From contig CAVVHS010000006.1 in the NCBI GenBank assembly GCA_963748215.1, positions 96,001 to 160,000 of the forward strand: a DNA stretch of 64,000 nt, read 5' to 3'. This DNA comes from an uncultured Gammaproteobacteria bacterium (lineage in GTDB: Bacteria; Pseudomonadota; Gammaproteobacteria; UBA9214). The notes under the pieces were generated by a model. It searched no databases. It was given only the letters and a program-made list of their open reading frames with translations, and was not told the DNA's origin. This document shows positions 58,591 through 64,000 of the stretch, one piece after another. Position 1 is the first letter of the stretch; each line of letters opens with the position of its first letter. The translations under genes and the position numbers were made by a program.

Positions 58591-58784
58591 TCGGGATGTA
58601 CCGCCTGCTGGGAATGTCAGATGAAGGGTAAGTATTTGCGGATATTCTACTGCTAATTTGGTGCCCGCAGTATGTTTATTGCGGGCCGAATGCCGCACTG
58701 CTGCGCGCCGGGAGCTGTGACGGCCGGGTGAGCGCCGTTAGGTTCAGGACAGAACATTCCTGCCGGCAGGTTTTTCGCCAGTAC

Positions 58785-60041
58785 TCACACGGAACCGGCC
58801 AGGCTGCTGGCCAGTTGCAAGGCAATGAATGCCAGTGCGCCTGCCGCCCCGACCGCGGGCACCCAGCGGTACACCGAGAAGCCCTGGTAGCTGTCCGCGG
58901 CGCGGCGCTTGATGCGCCACAGTGACAGGTTGACCAGTACGAATACCAGCAGGATGAAGAAGCTGGTGGCGCGGGCCAGGCTTTCCAGTGGCAACCAGAG
59001 CGCCATGAGCATGACGAGCAGTGTCACCAGCCCGGTGGCGAGCACGGGCGTGCGCGTGGCCGGGTGCACCCGCGCCAGCCAGGGCGGTGCCCAGCCCCGG
59101 TTGCCCATGCCGTAGCAGACACGCGAGGCCATGATGATCTGGATCAGCGCGCCATTGACCACGGCGATCATACTGATTGCCGCGATCAGCAGCGGATCCG
59201 CCTGGCTTGCCTGCTGGTAGATGTAGGCCAGCGGCGCATCGGAAGCGGCCAGCTGCGCGGGTGTGACCACACTCACCGCGACCACGGCCACGGCGAAATA
59301 CAGCAGTGTTGAAATGCCCAGTGCCGTCAGGATCGCGCGCGGCAGGTTGCGCTGTGGCTGCCGCACCTCTTCCGCGACATTGACCATGTCCTCAAAACCG
59401 ATAAAGGCGTAGAAGGCGAGAAATGCACCGAGAAAAATGCCCCGCGCGCTGCCGGCATCCACGGGTGATGTCAGCGCCGACAGGGTGTTGAGCAGGGTCG
59501 TGGAATCCGGTCGCGCGACCCACAGGATCAGCAGCAGGCCGGCAATTTCCACCACCGTCATCACGGCCGCGACGAGGATGGACTGGGTGATGCCCCAGGC
59601 GGCAAGCGCACCCAGGCAGGTCACCAGCAGCACGATCGCCGGCAGCGCCGGAAACGGGGTAAAGACCTGCAGGTAGCCGGTGAAGCCGCGCGCGATGGTG
59701 GCGGCCGACACGATTCCGGCCATGATAATCAGCAGGCCGGTCAGGATGGCCAGCGGGCGGATGCCGAGGCCATCCTGTATATAGACGACTTCGCCGGCGC
59801 TGAACGGGTAGCGTGCCGAGAGCTCGGCATAGCTGAACGCCGTAAACCCCGCCAGCAGCGACGCCAGCAGGAAGGACAGCGGTGCCTGGTAACCCGCATA
59901 GGCGGCGACCTTGCCGATCAGGACATAGACGCCGGCGCCGAGAATATTGCCCAGCCCGTAAAAGATCACCAGCGACAGCGACAGCGAACGCCGCAGCGCC
60001 GGCTGCGGCTTGTTGGCGGGATCGTTACCTGTGCTGTGCAT
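58785..60041 (-). CDS. APC-family amino acid permease
   Basis: YGLGNILGAGVY, FYAFIGFED; about 12 TM helices; start uncertain. Confidence 0.88.
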   Translation of the reverse strand: MHSTGNDPANKPQPALRRSLSLSLVIFYGLGNILGAGVYVLIGKVAAYAGYQAPLSFLLASLLAGFTAFSYAELSARYPFSAGEVVYIQDGLGIRPLAILTGLLIIMAGIVSAATIARGFTGYLQVFTPFPALPAIVLLVTCLGALAAWGITQSILVAAVMTVVEIAGLLLILWVARPDSTTLLNTLSALTSPVDAGSARGIFLGAFLAFYAFIGFEDMVNVAEEVRQPQRNLPRAILTALGISTLLYFAVAVVAVSVVTPAQLAASDAPLAYIYQQASQADPLLIAAISMIAVVNGALIQIIMASRVCYGMGNRGWAPPWLARVHPATRTPVLATGLVTLLVMLMALWLPLESLARATSFFILLVFVLVNLSLWRIKRRAADSYQGFSVYRWVPAVGAAGALAFIALQLASSLAGSV

Positions 60042-60181
60042 GGGGGGCAGGCTGCGGGTTCGGTCTGCCAAGTGTATGGAAATGGCGGACATCGACAAGC
60101 CCCGCGCCGGCATTGACGTAGCGGCGCAGACGCAGGTACGGTAGCCGGAAAGGTGGCAGGCAGGGCTTGCAGGGTATGTCT

Positions 60182-60841
60182 ATGAAGCAACGTGACATGA
60201 TCAGTGATATCGAGGCCGAGGTGCGTTACACGCAGCATCTCATTGGTCGCGAGGCCCTCGATCCGCGCGTGATGCAAGCCGTTGCCGAGGTGCCGCGTGA
60301 CCGGTTCGTGCCCGACAACCTGCGCAAGGCGGCCTTCGACAACGGTCCGCTGCCGATCGGTCATGGCCAGACCATTTCACAACCCTACATCGTGGCGCTG
60401 ATGACCGACCTGCTGCGGCCCGGGGCCGGACAGCGCATCCTCGAGATCGGTACCGGTTCCGGCTACCAGGCCGCCATCCTGTCCCTCCTGTGCGAGCGCG
60501 TCTATACCGTGGAGCGGGTAGGGGAGCTGGGCGAGGCGGCTGCGCGCCGTCTGCAGTCACTCGGTTACCATAATATCGAGACGCGCGTCGGCGATGGTTA
60601 CGCGGGCTGGCCCGAGCATGCGCCCTACGACGGCATCATCGTGACCGCGGCGGCACCCTTCATTCCGCCGGCGCTGGTCGAACAGCTGGCGCCCGGCGGC
60701 AGGCTGGTCATCCCGGTCGGGGAAATGTACGGGCACCAGGAATTGCTGCTGGTGCAGAAAGACGCGGACGGTACCTTGCACCAGAAAGACATCCTCGGTG
60801 TCGCCTTCGTCCCGCTGGTGGGCAAGGAGCCTGTTTCATGA
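60182..60841 (+). CDS. pcm: Protein-L-isoaspartate O-methyltransferase
   Basis: GQTISQPYIVA, LEIGTGSGY, APYDGIIVTAA, FVPLV. Confidence 0.93.
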   Translation: MKQRDMISDIEAEVRYTQHLIGREALDPRVMQAVAEVPRDRFVPDNLRKAAFDNGPLPIGHGQTISQPYIVALMTDLLRPGAGQRILEIGTGSGYQAAILSLLCERVYTVERVGELGEAAARRLQSLGYHNIETRVGDGYAGWPEHAPYDGIIVTAAAPFIPPALVEQLAPGGRLVIPVGEMYGHQELLLVQKDADGTLHQKDILGVAFVPLVGKEPVS

Positions 60842-60994
60842 TGACCGGTGCCCGGGGTCTGCCGCGCTGCGAGGATCGGGGACCTGCGTGCCATGTGTCC
60901 GGTTCATGCAGGCGAACACTGGCTGACGGGGCCGCATGCCTGTATAACGTCAGCGGATGATATCCTCGCATCGAAACCTGCCCGGTTGAGCCCC

Positions 60995-62593
60995 ATGCAA
61001 CGGCGAATCGCAACCCGACTTTCGATCGTCCTGGTCATTATCGTGGCCACGAGCGCCATTCTCATGGGTATCGCGGTCACCCAGTCGGGTACCCACCTGC
61101 TGATCAATGCCTCCACGGCGCGGCTGGCCCAGGAAAGCAAGGTCGTGTCGATCCGCTTGCAGGATATTTTCGAGTTTGTGCGGCGCGATATCGAATTCCT
61201 GGTGCGCAGTCCGGCCGTGCATGCCGTGGTGAACGCCATGGACAGCGGCGTGGCAGATGCCGCCGAGGCCGCCGCTGTCGCACCGGCCAGGGCCCGACTG
61301 CAGGAGGTATTTGCGGCTTTACTCAACAATCACCCCTGGTATGTGCAGCTCCGCCTGATCGGGGCGGCCGATGAGGGCAGGGAACTGGTGCGTGTCGACC
61401 AGGTGCAAGGGCAGGTCCGGCGCGTGCCCGAAGCCGCGTTGCAGCGCGAGACCGAGCGTGAATACTTTCTGCAGATACTGGACAAGCCGCCAGGCGAGCT
61501 GTCCTGGTCTGAAATCGACCTGAACCGGGAGCAGGGACAGATCGTCGAACCCGCGCAGCCGGTATTGCGTGCCGGATTGGCGGTTGCAGGCAAGGATGGC
61601 AAACCCTTCGCTATTGTAATTATCAATCTCGATATACGCCGGGTGTTCGACGTGGCGCGGGAGATGGTTACACCCGATCTCACGCTCTACATCGCGAATC
61701 AGGTGGGTGACTATCTTTGTCACCCCGATCCGGACAAGACCTTCGGTTTCGAACGTGACCGGCGCTTTCAGATCCAGGATGACTTCACCGAGGCGGTGTT
61801 TCAGCCGAAGGCCGGTGGTGCCGGTGTGGTGCTGGAGGATGTCCTGCCTGCGGGTGCCGAGGAGCCGGTAGTGGCCTACGTCAGCCGCTTGCCGCTGGAG
61901 ACAACCAGTGGCAACGACCTGATGATTGCCCTGACCATGCCACGCGCGCTCATCCTCGCGGATGTGAACCAGGCCCGGCGCCGGAATGCGGCACTCATGA
62001 TCCCGTTCATACTGATCGGTGCCATGGTGGTGGTCTGGATGGTGCGGGTGTTTATCGCGCCGCTGGAACGGGTCACGCGTGAAGTCAGCCGTTACGCACC
62101 GGGCCGCCCCCCGCAATTGCCCGAGCAGAGCAGGCAGGATGAAGTGGGCCAGCTGGCGCAGGCCTTTGCCAGCATGGCCGGTCGTATCGAGCAGCAGGTA
62201 ACGGAGCTGGAGATGCAGGGCAAGCGTTTCCGGAGCCTGTTCGAGGCAGTGCCGGATGCCGTCCTGATCATCGACCAGGATGGCAGCGTGGAATATTCAA
62301 ATCCTGCAACGGAACGCCTGTTCGGCTATACGGCCGAAGAACTGCATGGCCGGAATATCAAGCTGTTGATGCCCGAACCGTACCGGGGACACCATGATGA
62401 TTATCTGCGACGCTACATGGCTGGCGGGGAAGCGCATATCATCGGTATCGGGCGCAAGGTCGTGGGCCTGCACAAGGACGGGAAGACCATGCCCCTGTAC
62501 CTGTCCATCGGCGAGTTCACATTGCAGGGTCGGCGCAAGTTCACCGGTATCCTGCATGATATCTCGGCGCATTCACGCGACCGGTCTGAGTAA
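60995..62593 (+). CDS. Membrane sensor: Cache-like - HAMP - FixL-type PAS, no output domain
   Basis: Two TM helices, periplasmic GRELVRV...YF motif, HAMP (DEVGQLA), PAS LMPEPYRGHHDDYLRRY...IIGIGR; stop 8 codons after HDIS. Confidence 0.8.
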   Translation: MQRRIATRLSIVLVIIVATSAILMGIAVTQSGTHLLINASTARLAQESKVVSIRLQDIFEFVRRDIEFLVRSPAVHAVVNAMDSGVADAAEAAAVAPARARLQEVFAALLNNHPWYVQLRLIGAADEGRELVRVDQVQGQVRRVPEAALQRETEREYFLQILDKPPGELSWSEIDLNREQGQIVEPAQPVLRAGLAVAGKDGKPFAIVIINLDIRRVFDVAREMVTPDLTLYIANQVGDYLCHPDPDKTFGFERDRRFQIQDDFTEAVFQPKAGGAGVVLEDVLPAGAEEPVVAYVSRLPLETTSGNDLMIALTMPRALILADVNQARRRNAALMIPFILIGAMVVVWMVRVFIAPLERVTREVSRYAPGRPPQLPEQSRQDEVGQLAQAFASMAGRIEQQVTELEMQGKRFRSLFEAVPDAVLIIDQDGSVEYSNPATERLFGYTAEELHGRNIKLLMPEPYRGHHDDYLRRYMAGGEAHIIGIGRKVVGLHKDGKTMPLYLSIGEFTLQGRRKFTGILHDISAHSRDRSE

Positions 62594-63085
62594 CAGGCCT
62601 TCGGCGCTTGCTTAGCAGGCAACAAAGACCACACCTTGTAGAATCTGACTGCCTCGACCTGGCGACTGTTGCTGCCCGCCTGCTGCAACACTTCTGAAAT
62701 CCGGGGCTCCCTCGAGGATCAGCCTGCCAGGCAGGGTTGAAGCAGCGGGCAGGATGCATGCCGCCAGTGTGCCGGGCGATGGCAATACTGCAAGTAAAGA
62801 ATCATATAAATACAATAAATGTATGTTAAATATAGAAAATGTTAATATTTAAGGATGCCGGCGCTTTCTGCCAGCATGATGCGCCGGCACGGACCGGCTG
62901 CCTGCGAATGACCCGGCTTGACCTATGGGGTGGTCGGGTGGTCTCGAAATCGTGTAATGTGATTCCGTCCGTCCTGTTCTGAACGACGGATTATCAGGGG
63001 CGTGTTGCGGAGTCCGTTACCGTCGGCTATCCGCGAGTCATGTTCCGGTCTGAAGCCAGCACAACCGTTGTGAGCGAGCAGTTAT

Positions 63086-64000
63086 ATGGAACAGAAAGTC
63101 TCGTTCGATGCCGACCTGATCAGGCGTTATGACTACGCCGGCCCGCGTTACACCTCCTATCCCACGGCGGTGCAGTTTCACGAGGGTTTCACCGAGGCCG
63201 AGTACCGGACTCACGCCCTGGCCACCAATGACAGCGGCCGGCCCCTGTCGCTGTATTTTCATATCCCGTTCTGCGCGCGCCTGTGCTTCTACTGCGCCTG
63301 CAACAAGGTGGTGACCAAGAACCGGGCGCATGCGCTGCCCTATTTGCAGGACCTGCACCGGGAAATCGCCATGCAGGGCGAGCTGTTCGATAACGACCGG
63401 CGTGTCGACCAGCTGCACTGGGGCGGGGGTACGCCGACCTTTCTGAGCCACGAACAGATGACCGAGCTCATGCAGGTGACGGCCAGGCATTTCAATCTGC
63501 GCGGCGATGACACCGGCGAGTATTCAATAGAGGTGGATCCCAGGGAGGCCGATGCAGAGACCATCGCGCTGCTGCGCGGTATCGGTTTCAACCGCATCAG
63601 CCTGGGTGTGCAGGATCTCGAGGAGCGTGTGCAGCGGGCGGTCAACCGGCTGCAGCCCGAAGAGCAGACGCTCGCCATCATGGACGCGGCGCGCGCACAC
63701 GGCTTCAAGTCCATCAACACCGACCTGATCTACGGCCTGCCGTTCCAGAGCGTGGAATCCTTTGCGCGGACGCTGGATCGCGTGATCGAGTTCGGCCCGG
63801 ATCGCCTGTCCGTCTTCAACTACGCGCATATGCCGCACCTGTTCAAGCCGCAGCGGCGCATCATCGAGACGGACCTGCCGTCGCCTGCCGAGAAGCTGGA
63901 GATACTCCAGCTCACCATCGAACGCCTGACCGGCGCGGGGTATGTCTATATCGGCATGGATCATTTCGCCAGGCCCGATGACGAGCTGGCCCGGGCCCAG
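63086..64000 (+). CDS. hemN: Oxygen-independent coproporphyrinogen III oxidase HemN (runs off the window)
   Basis: Hand translation: MEQKVSFDADLIRRYDYAGPRYTSYPTA...HIPFCARLCFYCACNK...GGGTP...GMDHFA. Confidence 0.95.
   Translation, partial: MEQKVSFDADLIRRYDYAGPRYTSYPTAVQFHEGFTEAEYRTHALATNDSGRPLSLYFHIPFCARLCFYCACNKVVTKNRAHALPYLQDLHREIAMQGELFDNDRRVDQLHWGGGTPTFLSHEQMTELMQVTARHFNLRGDDTGEYSIEVDPREADAETIALLRGIGFNRISLGVQDLEERVQRAVNRLQPEEQTLAIMDAARAHGFKSINTDLIYGLPFQSVESFARTLDRVIEFGPDRLSVFNYAHMPHLFKPQRRIIETDLPSPAEKLEILQLTIERLTGAGYVYIGMDHFARPDDELARAQ

Noticed and set aside
62594-63085. FNR box or RNA gene upstream of hemN
   Set aside because: An AT-rich patch is present, but no good TTGAT-N4-ATCAA match or recognisable RNA structure

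Overview
GC-rich (~60%) bacterial chromosomal window; gene content suggests a Gammaproteobacterium (inference). In order: (1) a formate dehydrogenase cluster (fdhD, DUF3305/DUF3306, polyferredoxin, TorD-like chaperone, small Tat protein, alpha/beta/gamma subunits) followed directly by a NarI-like + CCG-domain (TmcC/TmcB- or HdrE/HdrD-like) pair; (2) tupABC and Mo/W-cofactor genes, with a 502-bp MITE in the 3' end of mobB; (3) a cell-surface locus: L,D-transpeptidase, VPLPA-CTERM protein, a secreted beta-rich protein behind a sigma54 promoter with two TGT-N11-ACA boxes, a Slam/T11SS-type outer-membrane protein and, divergently, a LapG-like protease coupled to a degenerate transmembrane HD-GYP protein; (4) a MoxR/Bat operon, a two-component system, kup, frameshifted glgP, several gene remnants, an MscS-family channel, a GluR0-like channel, dedA-mprF-DUF599-acvB, REP-type tandem arrays, pyk, pcm, an output-less PAS sensor and partial hemN. 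Best candidate for a new system: the putative Slam/T11SS cargo carries two LapG-type PAAG motifs between Cys-paired N-terminal mini-domains, next to the LapG-like protease and HD-GYP receptor. This suggests c-di-GMP-controlled proteolytic release of a type XI (not type I) secreted surface protein. All family calls come from reading motifs by eye; no searches were run.
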